Below, piece after piece: positions 1-13,401 of a stretch of 64,000 nt of DNA. Both the position numbers and the translations under genes were made by a program. Source of the DNA: Psilocybe cubensis (Eukaryota). The DNA is taken from assembly GCA_017499595.2 (NCBI GenBank), contig CM039007.1, forward strand, positions 434,001 to 498,000. Direction: 5' to 3'. A model generated the notes under the pieces. That model worked only from the letters and a program-made list of their open reading frames with translations, was not told the DNA's origin and made no database searches. Position 1 is the first letter of the stretch. Each line of letters begins with the position of its first letter.

Positions 1-1400
1 CAGTTGATACATATTGAAGGGGGACCAAATGAGGGACGATGATGACGAGAAGAACTAGAAAGTTACTTCAGTTATGTGCTGGATGAAGTTACGCAAGTCA
101 TGAACTAACGCGGTGAGAAGCCAATTCCAAGTCCGAATGACAGCATAGCAGGAAGAGGCGTACCCGTGGAAGTTGGAGGGAGTGCAAGCCAGGCATAACA
201 CGCCAGTGTAAGGACAGAGGAGAGAAGCAGGAGGCGGTGGACGATAGAGCGCTTTTTTACCCGGTCTGTTATGTATCCACACTTTCAGAAGTCCCGGGAG
301 GAGTTCAAGTAAGGATATGATTGTTGATTAAGAGAAGGTGATGCTCACGATAGGATATAAGAATGCACTTCCCGCCAGTAGAAATGATGATTGCTCGGCT
401 GCCTTGCCCTCAGATAGGCCGTAACGGTGTTCAATAATGTTTCTTGATCGTTATGTCTTCAGTTTTTATAACCTTTCTGGGACACGGGCAGCGACACTCA
501 CGGAGCAAGATGGGGAAACGGGGTCCAGATGAATCCGCAGAATATGTTGATACCAATATATAGCCAGAATATATCCCCCATGCTTAGCAGATCTCTGAGT
601 TGTACCTTCCTCTTTGAGGTCACGTCATGCAATGCCTCTTGCTCTGAGAGTCGTCCCGAATTGTCTGCTTCAGCGCCGATTTCCCCAGCAATCCACTTTT
701 CATACCACAAGTACAATAGGTTAACGGTGAAAGAGAACCCTGCCAAGAATGTTGAGGCAAAGAATGGTGCGTGTGGGCTCCATTGGGAAAGAGGAAAAGA
801 GACGCGTGCCGATATGAATGATGCACTTTTGCCTGCTACCAGCCCAAGTGCAAGGGATAGCCCTAGCCCATGATCTTTAAAATAACGTACAATGATGGTT
901 TCTTGCACGACAGCGAGCGGGGAGATTCCCAATCCAAAGATAAACATCCCGAATACCATGGTCTTCACGGACCCGGAGAGTTCACCAAGCAACAGAATAA
1001 GCTGACCGGTGAGGATGATGGACGTTGCTATAATGCTACTAAGGGAAGTCCCAAGTCTTGCTGCGAACAGACCGCCAACTTTGGAAGCAAAAGCTGGTGG
1101 TGAGCGGGTAATCTTCTATATAAGCCGCCAACGAACCTAAGGGTGTCCATGTGCTGTTGAGCGCGAATGCTGCAATCAATAGCCCAAATTGGCCATTAGT
1201 AGTTCCCTTCTCCCTAGAGAGCTGTGATTTCAGAGGACCAAGTGTATTCTGCCCACTGAAAGGAATAAGAACAGTTAGCTCCATGAAGTCCTTACTGAAT
1301 CAGTAGACACTTACAAATGACTTCCAATACTCAACGAACACGCACACACCAATGCCAAACCTCTCAGCAGAGCAACTCTTCTAGAGCTGGGGGAAACCAT
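1..1400 (-). CDS. MFS transporter (MFSD1-like), 3' end outside window
   Basis: Spliced reading gives LRGLALVCACSLSIGSHF..NTLGPLKSQL..FGLLIAAFALNSTWTPLVGG..GMFIFGLGISPLAVVQETII..GLSLALGLVAGKSASF..YPICGYITDR, a typical MFS multi-TM pattern, with GT-AG introns. Start codon uncertain (in-frame ATG at 1400). Confidence 0.85.
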
Positions 1401-2835
1401 AGCCTCAACGTGTAGTTAAGCCCTACGGTTCCTCCCTTGATGTATCGGTGGCCAGTGGTACGTTGCCCCAGACAGCAAAATCTGTCATGAAGGGGCGAAG
1501 AAACGAACAGGAGACTAATTTGATCGTGGTCGGAACTTCCGCCCATCCTGTGCTCATGCCGGGGCTCGAGGCTTCCCGCAACATGCATGCCGTGATAGAT
1601 TAAACCCTGAAAGGACCAAATGTAAGTAACATGGTGGGAAAGGACTTGAAAAAGGTACTACCTCTAGCGTAAGTCTGCTGGCTGATCGTGGGAAGGTTTT
1701 TATGACCCGATTCCGGCATCTCGCCTTGATGATTGACCAAGATTGGGTATTTCTGCGTACATTGATACGTTCCACTCAGGTGAATGGTACTACTAAGATT
1801 AGCTGAAGGTAAAACTTAAGAAGACTCTCCAGTATCACAACGACTATATGCAGGCATATTCAGTTAAAAACCGTCCTCCCACGTCAGTGACTCCACCATA
1901 CTACCTGTTATCTGTTTTGGTACTTTAGAAGCTGAGGCCCGATCTCTAAGTAGATTAGTTTGACCAATAGTGATCTATTCCTATCACCTTTTGACCAGAA
2001 GCAATGGGAGTAAACCATTATTTGCATGGCGCAATATTGGAGCATCAGGTCTTTTGCCAAACATAGATCCACGTTGAACACGGTATTTTCACCCAATACT
2101 TCTAAAAAAACACATTTTCTCCTAATCTAATGCCACCTGTCTCCAGATAGAATATAAATAATCATTGAATTCTGACAAGTTTGGATCTGCCTGAACTTGA
2201 AACAACGTCAAAACCCCTTCGCGGGAGTCCGGTATAGCTAGTATATCCTGCCGAGAAAATCATACTACACTGAGTAGCTTCTGTAGAAAAAAGTCTCTGT
2301 ATGAGGTTGCATCTTTTAAGCCACTTCTCTACCAAATCATCAGTCATCTTGTTGTCAATGTAATATATAATTAATTATTGGGAATTGAATCTCTTAAGCG
2401 CCCGATCGATAATACTCATATGCAAATGAACGCATTGCATTTGAAGAGCTTCATCCGATCATTTCGTCGATGGTCTGTGTCAAGATGGTTTTAACCAACC
2501 ATTGCGGTTGCATGTATCATTTAATCCAGGTTCAGTAAAATTTATTTCGAGACCCAATTCATCCTTTGACTATTAGTGTTCGATCGTGTATACAAGTTCC
2601 ACTTTTTCAGGCAGTTATCTGATTTTCTCTGACTGTTGTGATCGTTGATAACGTCGTTTGAGATTGACAGGATTTTGTGCTAAAATAGTTCCCGAAGTAT
2701 TAAAATAGGTTCAGGCTATTCTTACCTGTGCTGCATTGCCTTGCGGAGGGGGTAAAACCATATAAAATATACAGTGTAAGGTTGCTCTGTCACCTCAAAT
2801 CAGACGCCCCGTTATCAAGTTTAGGAGGGTACATT

Positions 2836-4045
2836 ATGGCTCACATTCTGGTCAGCAATTCCACTTCTGTCAACACAGCGAATCTTCCAGTTCCCGATCA
2901 AAAAATAGCGTTCTTAATGGTCACAGCTATGTGCTCTGGGATGAGCATAATTACATGCGGGTTTGTGATCATAACGTAGGTTGCTCATAGTATCTGCATC
3001 CCATTTAAGGTGGATCATTTCTGTCATTCCCTATAGCCAAGGACCATCTCTGAAACTTACGTTCGACCGCGAGCGACAACGTTTCCTAGCTTTCGTCAGT
3101 TTATTGGCGGCTATTTTCGGCCTATTTGGGAATGGATTTCAGCTTAGCGACCACCCAAAATCTGCCGGGGAGTCAACTGCTTCTTTCTTTTTCAATTGGC
3201 TGGTCCAGGTAATAAACTTCCAAAGTTCGTTAAAGCATATTTTAATCTTCTTTATCCAGCTTGGGTTTGCTGGGATTGCACATAATAGCATCATCAGGCT
3301 TCTTACTGCCCGCGCAAAGTCCCCTGCTCCCGATTTGATAAAGCGCACTTCCAGGCTATGTTGTATCTTCTATCTCCTCACTTTGCCTGTGATGGCGCCT
3401 ACCTTTATATCCCTGATTCATCCTGCGCGCTCATCTGTCAAGGTCGTTGCACGGGATATGAACATTACCTACGTCTGCGTCGTCGAAGCTCTGGCAACAG
3501 TTGCTGATGTTACCTTGCTGTGGAGATTCACAAATAACAAGGAGCATGGACACGAGACTCGAAAGAAAATGATTCAAGACATGTGGATTGTTTACGCCTT
3601 TATTTGGTTCACAATCGGTGCCGATATCTTTGCAAAGGCCAGTGAATTTTTTACAACGTACAAGTCATGCAGTTGATCAGACGTCCGTACGCATGTGCAG
3701 ATTTTTCGCAATAAGACCGGTGACCTTGTATCGGATCTAGCAATCACGAACTTGACCCTGACGTTACGTGCAGTGGCTGCACTAATGTATGGATCGACGC
3801 TGAGAAATGCCCAAGAAATATATTCCTACCATTCGGGAGCTTTCGGTCATTCCCTTTCAAGAGCTCTGCCTACCGGTAATCCCTCAAGGAAGCATGTCAT
3901 GGATCATTCGCAAACTTTTATTGCTGATGGGTCAGAGAGAAATAGAGGAATCAACATGAATCATATCACCATAAGCAAAGAAACACACTCGGATCATGAC
4001 GGTGAGGTTTTCAACGCCACTGCCAAGGTATATGATGGAGCGTGA
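2836..4045 (+). CDS. Uncharacterised multi-pass (about 6-7 TM) membrane protein, GPCR-like topology
   Basis: ORFs 2728-2979, 2981-3676 and 3695-4045 join via short introns; several hydrophobic helices followed by a hydrophilic C-terminal tail. Confidence 0.6.
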
Positions 4046-4442
4046 TGTATGATGTATATAAAACCAGAATTACCTATTTCTTATCTTGTATTACAAAGAG
4101 TGCTTTAGTAGCAGTATAATCGAGAAAATCAAGAATACTTAAATTTGTTTATAACGACTGGGCGTAGGCCTTGGCGGAGTCATGAAGAAGTTTTCACTCA
4201 AAGCGTAGTGTGTGCCAATGGGTCGTGGGAGATGTCACGAGCGTTGTGGGAGTGCGTCTTCCTGAGTCGGGGGTAAATCATATTAGATAGTGTGTCCAAC
4301 ACAGTCAGGATGCAATATACAATGTATGATGCTCGGAAACCATGACACGTTGGACTCTCAAAAACGACTTCGAGATATATCTTAAACGTTCAATCCCACG
4401 ACATCCCATGAAGAGTGCTACTAGTACTACTAACGCATAACT

Positions 4443-4960
4443 TTACAAGTTGAGGTTAATGGGAGTGCACCCAAGAGAAACAAGTCCGTCTATATCAACT
4501 AGGTCAGCACCTGTATTTCAGATAATTGGATATCTGAACTCACTGAAGCTGTTGTCGGTGCAGCAGACAGGCTGAGTATTGCTGAGAAATGAATGATAAT
4601 GAATTAGATACAATATTAACACATGAATTAAAAACCAAGATTACCAGGAGTTTCCAACAACACCAACAACGGAGATGGGGCTGCAGTTGATGCCAACAAG
4701 GGCCGTAACATCACCGAGGACAATTCCGAGAGGGCCCAGGAGGGAAGTGGCACCACTACTATTAGCAGCTTGAACGCTGTTGCCTGCATTCATTGCGAGA
4801 GATTTTAATGGGGTACACAATTAAAAGACCCTGAATACGTACAGCATTGTAGCTCTCCTGTATTGCATTGACCGGTAGGTTCGTTTCTGGGAACCGGGTT
4901 GGCAGCTGCAAGGCTGGCCAACGACAGAGCAGAGATGATGACTCGGACGTTGATTTGCAT
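4443..4960 (-). CDS. Class I fungal hydrophobin
   Basis: Signal peptide [22 protein letters not shown], then the 8-Cys pattern over 4 exons: [52 protein letters not shown]. Confidence 0.95.
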
Positions 4961-6735
4961 GATGAGTATTATGCTTAAACGCTGTAAAGTGCTCAATGCA
5001 AGGAGTTTGAGTGAAGAAAAGTCGCTTCAAATGCCAACCTTTTATACGGTTTCTGAGGTCACTCACGTAGGAAGATTCGATGGACGGGATACGACCGACC
5101 ACATCGCCATCAAAATCTTATACAACATGCACGCATCGTATAGTGCATTGAAGAAGGTGGGGCGTCAGTCAATGAAAGTGGAGTTCGGGTGATCGAAAAA
5201 CGGCAAAAATTGGACCTGTCGGGTAAAGAGCCAAAATTTATATCTCAGATCAGGCGGCTGCACTCATGAAAGAGTATCGTAGCTCATTGAGGGGGGAACC
5301 TCTCCAAATTAAAATGTCCATGATTATCATGGCTGTTAGGCAATAGTCATCACCGTTTGATAAAACACCATTAGACAACATACGCTGGCTGTATGGTCTT
5401 AATTCCCAAGGCAATCTTGACCTCAGCTAAAATTTTTTTGTCCCAGGTCTGTCGATAATGAAATCATGTTCAATGATGGTGTTCATATCTATGACGCACC
5501 ATGGTTGCACACAACAAACTGGCACTGGAAGCGGCTATAACGAGGGATATTATTTCCCAGTACAATGCGTCAGGTTATCGATTCGTCGTTATAAAAACAA
5601 GTTCCGTCATGCATTCGACCATTATTTAGGATGCGGGGTTGCCTGATTTAAATGAAATACCTCATAATTACTGGATAGGCATCCACAAATCTCTATACGT
5701 CCATATTACTTGTACTAGCCTTTTCGGTACTGAGAGATTATGCATGAAGAGCGGTGCTTGGAAGGAGATAACCTACTAGAAGCACTTTGTAAGAGGGGGA
5801 TGAACACTACTATAGCAAGTGCAGCGGTGGCAAATATGAAGCGAATACTTGTTACCTTCCTCATTCCTCAAGGCTCACGGCTACATGTTCTTCCTGGTGT
5901 GATACAAAGCATGGGCAACTCCAACGTCTTCATTGACGGCCGAGCCTCATCGACATAGAGTTTAATCAATCACCATGCCTAATAGTCAGTTAAAAACGAG
6001 GATGGACCTATTTTTGTCACATTTATTTTTAGACAACTAACCTCAGTCGCTGGTTACAAGTATCTGTCTAGATTTTGAGATATTATCAATTCAGGTTTAA
6101 AGAGACATAAAGTCGAACTAGTGATTTTTGCTTCATCATATGTCGGTGTGTTGGGTTTCTTCATCACGAAGGATGTGTTTTAAGCGGAGCGGACATCTCT
6201 CGCTACCGCGGCGACTGGGTCGAAAGTCCACTAACACTTACCTTCGTTAACTATGATGTATAAAATTTTCATGATAAGCTATCGTTTGATCATGCAAGAT
6301 GACGGAAGGATTGTGTTGATAATGCGGGTCGATGGTAAGAAGCGAATTACGGGTTGTTAAGCTTTAAGTCCCGGTGAAAAGAAACATTCGCCTTGCCATT
6401 TTACATGCACATGGTACGAACGGGGTAGCCACCCGTCTACCATTGTAAGGTAGAAGATATCAGCCTGCATAATAGATATGGAATCGTTGTACTTTTTACC
6501 AAATCGCTTGCCGAGAACCAAAGACGTGGAAGAACATCAATAAAATAGAAGTGCCGCAATGAATGTAATCTGCAAAAAATACACCTTAAATAAATAAAAG
6601 TCTATGATCATGCGATATCAGAAATGCAGCAACAACATGCTGCCACGAGGAGAGCGACCAGGGTAAGTCCTCATGGAGCTTTGACAGACTCAAAAATGAT
6701 GTTATATGGATGCCCAAAAACCATCCAGTGCAGTT

Positions 6736-8322
6736 TTAAATGTATGGAGGACCAAGTGCTAGAATGCAGATGGTAAGATCACTGAATATGAGAGGTAAAA
6801 AATTTCACTCTACCGGTCCTAAAGATACCCAACGTAAACTCTACAACAAGGAGTAGAACGCCACCTCCTGGGGCGAGCCGAAGAACCTTGGGTATAAATC
6901 CTTTGTACAAAGCTCCCAGTCCTTCCTCGCGGGCAATTGTAGCTAAAGCAGGGTATGTCCAGTTATATTTTGGCACAACGCCGGGTATCTTTTCAGTTCC
7001 TTGAATGCGAGATTTGACGACCTAAAGGCTTAGGATAAGTATATGTCAGTGTACAATTGTATGACATTGTCCTACATCGAATCTATTTAATGTGATTAGT
7101 GGATATAAATAGGAAAACGGTTGAATGGACATACGGGGTATTGAGCACGGTTCCGGCGAAGCCACCAATTGCACCGGAGATGAAGTTGTTGAGGAGTTCA
7201 GCCTTTTGAGTCTGTAGGAACAAGTTACAGTCTAGGTCACGAGTTTGGATGGCACTAGGCCTACCTGAGGCTTGGGAAGGAGTGATTTGATTTGATAGAT
7301 AGATCCGAAGTATCCTCCGTTCCAGTAGACGTGCCTTCGATTAAGCACTTAACGGGGGTTGCATGGGTTTTGATGTTCTGACGTCATACCTCCAGAAGGT
7401 TGATTCCATTCCAACATATAGGCCAAGTAATCCGTTCTTCTGGACGACTTGCTTCACAACATCAATAGGTCCTTTGTAGGTGCTTTTCTTGTCCTGAAGT
7501 CTGCAGATATCATCAGAAAGACCTCAGTAAATCGAGAAGTCGAAATACACACTTGATTTTTACGAGTTCGAAAGGTACGACGACGAAACTTTCCTGTGAA
7601 GGCATGCTTTAGTAAAAGTGAGTGACATAGGTTTTCTTCTTACAGTAGCTCCCGCACTGCAACCAGTCAGGATAGATATGCTTTGGGTCATCTTAGATTC
7701 GCCAGACAGACCCAGAAAGGTCTTTCCCCAGAAATCATTGGCAGCGCTATAATTAGGGGGTCAGATCGCCGTGACTTCATAATAGTTCAGGACTCACAAT
7801 TTCACAGCACGCTTAGGTGCCTCCAACATCAAGGGAGGCACGAGTCCTAGGGGGCTTGAGGTTTCGTCGTGGCTTGAGAGGAAGAATTCTCACCTCGGTA
7901 AAGGCGACCTGCACTGTGGGGATGGATGAGCGTAGAAAGACGAAATTGAGGAGGAAAACGCACCCTTCTTCCCTGATGATATTCCTGAATGTCCCTACAA
8001 GACCAGCTGAGGTTTTACCAGTATCAAGCTGCATTCGGGTTTTGACCTAGCACACAATACACGGTTCATGCCTGGGAAGAATTCGATGCATTTCGTTGGA
8101 CATACGACATCTATCGCGAACTTCAGATGCGGAAATGGGGCCAGATTCAACTTTAAAGCTCACCAAGAGGATAGAAAGTCAAAATTTCTGAAATTCCAGC
8201 AATCGCTCCTGCCGCAAAGTTGGCAGCGAAGGGTAGAGCTATAATCACGATGTTATCGCGCGACGCGCCTCTTCAGCAGATATGTCGGGGAGCTTACGTT
8301 TGGGTTTGCGTTCAGTGGTCAT
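6736..8322 (-). CDS. ODC1: Mitochondrial carrier, 2-oxodicarboxylate transporter
   Basis: PLPFAANFAAGAIAGISEILTFYPLDVVKTRMQL, PKRAVKFAANDFWGK, PFELVKIKLQD, ALYKGFIPKVLRLAPGGGVLLLVVE: SLC25 signatures matching the ODC subfamily; many short introns. Confidence 0.92.
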
Positions 8323-8540
8323 TACAGCAAGTTTTACAAGAGAAATAGATCCAAAAGCGAGCAGAAGGAGGAACAATTCAAGGGAGAGTGAAGGTGAGGA
8401 AATAAACGGGCGGTGGTAAGTACTCGAACGGCGGACGGAGCTATAGACGGCTTTATCGGCCAGTCACAGTACCGTGACGAATTCTAAACTGTGTGCCGCA
8501 TGCGTGACGACAATGAGCTCGACGTCAACGTCGATGAGCT
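8323..8540. promoter_or_regulatory. Probable bidirectional promoter between ODC1 and SRP9/21
   Basis: Divergent start codons at 8322 (-) and 8541 (+), 218 bp apart. Confidence 0.55.
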
Positions 8541-9048
8541 ATGGTGTACATCCACTCCTGGCAAGAGTTCCAGGATGCTGCGGAATCCCTGTACCTGAAG
8601 GCACCTAATACTGTCAGTCTGCCTTTTGGTTGTGCCGTTCTTCCCTAACGGGATTCCCTCCCACCCTCTGCAGACTCGTTACTCTGTAAAGTGGAAATCG
8701 TCTGAAGGCAAACTGGTGCTGAAGATCACAGACAACACGACAGTACGTCGACATCTAACCAAGAGATTGTTTCTTTGGCTGATCCATATCGATCAGTGTA
8801 TTAAGTTCAAGACCAATTCGTCTATTTTCCTCAATCGATTCGAGTCGCTCAATCTATCCATCATGCAGAAAATGCAGAATCAACAGCGTCGCGAGGAAAC
8901 ACCAGCTGCTGCTCCCACCAGCGACGTGCATCCAGCAGCCGAAAATGATCGTGCTAGCCCTGTTCCTGCTCAAATATCAAATGCGATTCCTGTTCAGGTC
9001 CCGGCGACTGGTGGGGTAAAAAAGAAAAAGCCCAAAAAGAAGAAATAG
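8541..9048 (+). CDS. SRP21: Signal recognition particle subunit SRP9/SRP21
   Basis: MVYIHSWQEFQDAAESLY..NT|TRYSVKWKSSEGKLVLKITDNTT|CIKFKTNSSIFLNRFESLN, with a lysine-rich C-terminus; 2 introns. Confidence 0.92.
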
Positions 9049-12000
9049 AGCTGATACGTGAGATTTATTGCAATGATGTGTTGATAATTGGTGAAGGTTG
9101 TGCTGAGTTGGACGTTGGACATCCAATGGTGCGCCTGCTGCTCTTTTTTTCCAGCATTATCGCTCACCTCACTCGTTTTACTCAGGCACCTTGCTCTAAA
9201 TATACAGTATTATCTGCTTCAATGGTATTTCCTCGTTCACGTACGTGTGTACTCAAAACCAAAAACACAAAAAAGCGCATATATGAAGTTGGATCAACTC
9301 TGAATTTATCTTCCCCTGGGGTAGGAATACCTACCGCTCGTCAATCCGTCTCAGATTTATTTACACGCTGTCAAACGACACGCACCTTGTTCTGCCAATG
9401 GAGTCCACGGAGTTGTGTCACAGTCTACCTTGAAAGCTACATAAAAATAATGCTGCTGGTCATGATACGCAATATAATTGACACTTAGCCCTCACTCGGC
9501 CTCACACTCGCCAACCGACTTTTCTAGCCTTAAAAACCTTTGGTGAGAACCCACAAGGTCAAGGGTTTCGAAAATTATTGATTGAATTCCTCCAAGGCTT
9601 GTACAGACTCATCCGGATACCCCGACGTGATTTAACAGTTCCGGTAAGAGGATGCTATAGTACGACCCATGGGGTATGACCAAATGCAAGTCTAGAGCTT
9701 ACGTCGAAGAATTTCTACCCAAATGCGTACGACTCATGTGCATGGGAGGTATCAATAAGCAACGAAATCTTCAAAGTATTCCCTCCTTATTCCTCTTTCG
9801 CTAAATATGTAACCCAGGCCCGAACCCGCGTGAACTCATGGAACTCAAATCAAGGCATGTTTTATCGCTCATGCCTTAGAATGCTGTTTCTGCATGGAAT
9901 AGACGGCCTGCAATGCTTATACGCAGTTAAGCTTGCTGTGTACGTTCTTCGTTTAGATCTTTCTGCCAAGAAACCTCCCAGAACAACCATATGTTCTTTG
10001 AACGTCGCCGGCGGAAAGCATTCAAAAGATTCTCAATTCAAAACTTTATCCAATTTACCAAACGAAACGTCTCACATTTACTCATCTGCTCCATACGAAC
10101 TTTGGGAACCCACGGTTAAGGCTCACAATGATTTGTGCCCTGTTTGCACGTTCCGATCACTTTCTTTCTTTCTTTTTTCACTTAACCGCTTCCCATGGAA
10201 CTACCTTTAGGACATGCCGAAACTGTTGCGTTTTTCTTGGCGTTCACCGATGTTGAGGCCATAAATATCTCTACGACAATGACACTCAGTCTCCCTCGGC
10301 ATTTACGATGCCGACAGGTTCCTTCATGCTCGGTTGACGTATGGTCATCTCATGGATGAAAACATTATGATGGCTATGAGAGTCGAGCTGCGGATGCTTG
10401 ATAGCGCCACGAGAATGAATTGAACTTTCTTTGAAAAATCCATTACTGATTAACTCAATACACCAGCGCTGATATCTTTGTTTCTCAATGTCGGATATTT
10501 CGGATGTGAGTGCCCACAAGAACCAAACATATCATGTCTATTTTGCAGAACCTAACTCAAGCTTTCTTTATCAAAGACGGCAGGGCATTTTAAGAGATCA
10601 GGTGGAGATTCCATCGTACTACCTCAGGAACCAGGATCGACTGCCTGTAGGAATTCTTTGAGAAGTGACTTGGCAAGATAAACTACTGTGTCAATATCCT
10701 GTCTTTTTTGCTCGGCGTACAGGCTCAGCAACTGATCTGCTGAGGCCGGCTATGATTTCAGAAGCGCTCACACTTTGGACGCCGAAAAAAATTGAAAATC
10801 CATAAAAGTTATGGTGCAGAATTGTCTTGCTCAATTCCCCTTCACTTGGTCGTTGTTCTGCTCCGAATCTATATCTCGTCCCATGTCATGTCATCAAGCT
10901 TCATCCAGACGTCGGAAGCATACAGCATTACTCAGGATAAATGGAACCCTGATGAAACGATAAATTAGTCCAGATATCTGATAATCACCACATATCTGTG
11001 TGCTTTGAGGTCCATTCGGATCCAAACTAACCGCATAGAGAAGATCCAACATACTAACATTGCAGCTTCCAGGAGACTATAACTTTTTGAAGAGCTGGTG
11101 TAACAGGTGCTCGAGCAGTTGGATCCCGTACAGGATGGAATCCGAACGGTTCCATCCATCATTTCTACGGGCATCATCTCCTTGTCAATAACCACAAATA
11201 TCTGACAGTTTCTCTGGTCCCGGGACAAGGATTGAAAGCAATATTTTACCATCCATCCTTTCCGAAATTCTCAACTCATTCAGTAACTAAGGTACTACAA
11301 TGTTGAGTGTACGAATTTTATTTCTCGGCCAATTGATCCTTAAAAGTATGAGTCAGTCATGGATACTGACGAAGCTATAGCAGCTTCAACGTGCCATTTA
11401 TCTTTTAGACCGAGCACATGTTTTCGTAGGAACTGTAGAAGATCTCAAGGTGGAGCCTACAAATAACTGTTGGCAATGATTATCACTGCCCCGCATGTCT
11501 GGCTGTCATGATCTTTCAACATTGCTGTATGCAAAATATGCTAATCCCTTTACTCTTCTGATGGTACACATTGCAATGCATGCGCGTTGTCCTCTTCTCT
11601 GCTCATATGCAACTTTTCGCGTTTCACGTGGAATAAAAGACAGCGTTGTGAACGCGAATGTTCGAAGGTTCGATCCATTCTATTTTTAGCATCAACCGAC
11701 GTCGAAAAACAAAAATAAATGCCGCTTCGCCGACTTCCCAACCTTCCGACTGCGCTCTTCCGGTAATAACAATGCCGGGGTACTACTTGTGCAACGACGT
11801 AACGTACACTTCGACGATGGAAAAGTTGAAGATTTTTCTGTGATCGAGGCAAGCTGCGGATGCCTCGACAGGACAACATTTTCTCGATACCCCCATTGAT
11901 TATTTACGCAACGTTGTGACCTCGTTCGAAACAGGCGTTGATTTTTCCTGAGATGGAAGTGCATCAATCTCGTCCTCGATAACCGGATTGGTGAGCACTC

Positions 12001-13401
12001 ACAAGAATATACATTTCAAGCTTATTTCTCAAAGCGCAGCTCAGGAACAGTTTTTTTGCCTTTATCCTCCTGCCTTTATGGCATAGCTGCGGACTGCATC
12101 TGATTCTGGGCATTTCGCTCCTTCTTACGTATTGTGGACGACTACACCCGGACGATCTGCCACTTGGCAAAAGCAGTGATGTGTTGAGCGTACTGAAAAT
12201 TCTAACACGTCCGTCGCCTTTCTCTTCAAGGCGCAGTCGTCGGAATGGACTTCAAGCGTCCGACATAGCAATGGCCCTAATAATAAAGGCGCCAAGTGTG
12301 TTGGCAGGGGATGACGGGTATGTTCATCGTTAATCGGCAGGAGCGTTACTGGCAATAGTGTTGGGCTCTCATCCCCCTGCTGAAAGACAGCTTTCAAGAT
12401 AAAATTCTTGGAAAATTTGTCCCAGCCTCCCAGATGGCTCGTCAGGCACACACGCACAAGCGTCGCGCGAGCTCGGTATTTCTCTTGGAATGCGGGGTAA
12501 ATTCAACGTTAAATATCGTGGATGGCTCCACTTCTCCAACAACTAGGTACTTTCATTATACTGATTCGCGCGAGTTTGCAAGGCACAGATACTGTAATTA
12601 GAGTTGAGAAAATGGTGGTTTTGTTCAGATGGGGACGGAAAGCTGGTAGATATGTATTACAATTTACATTGTAATCAAGCAGAACAACGACACTTGGTCT
12701 TGACACTCCCATGGCCATGGTCAAAACAGGAGCGCAAAGCAAGAAATTCACGCGCAGGTTCCGGTGCTTTGCAAAGTTAAACAGTCCGCTCAATTGGATT
12801 TTGGAAGGTCAAAGTACAAACAGAGTCATTGATTCCCATAATTCTGTAAATTTAGGAAATTATCATTCCCATTCGCTTTTGAGGTATTACTATTGCGGTG
12901 CGCGTATTGGGGTAAGAATAGGTTTTTTGTTGGTTAAATGGGTGTATGTGCTGCCGAACACCGCGCAATTGCTTTGTGACGATATCCAATTGCGGCAGAA
13001 GAGATCATGCGTGTTTCCTGTGGGTTTTTACTGACTTTTGAGGACAACTTTGACCCCGCAGTGCGGAACTTACTGTACAGCATGGGAGATACTTGCAAGT
13101 TTGTGAGACTCTGGAGTATGGATGCTTGTCAAGTGTTTCTGACCATATCATGATGTTGACTGTGTAATGTACGTAGCGTGCAGTAATAGTAATACATAAT
13201 ACTTAGCAGTATCAATCTAGAGATGACATGAAGTACATGATCCTCGAGGGCCCAATGCGTTATGCATTTCATTTTGAAAGAGTTCCGATTTGAAACGGCT
13301 GAATGATCGAAAGAGCAGAGTTTAGTATCATGGACAATTTTTGAATTTTTATGGAATAAAATTACATGAAGTACGGGCATTAGGCGAAAGAACCCGTGAA
13401 G

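Noticed and set aside
1900-2347. Short minus-strand ORFs upstream of the MFS gene
   Set aside because: Could not be assembled into a consistent spliced gene.
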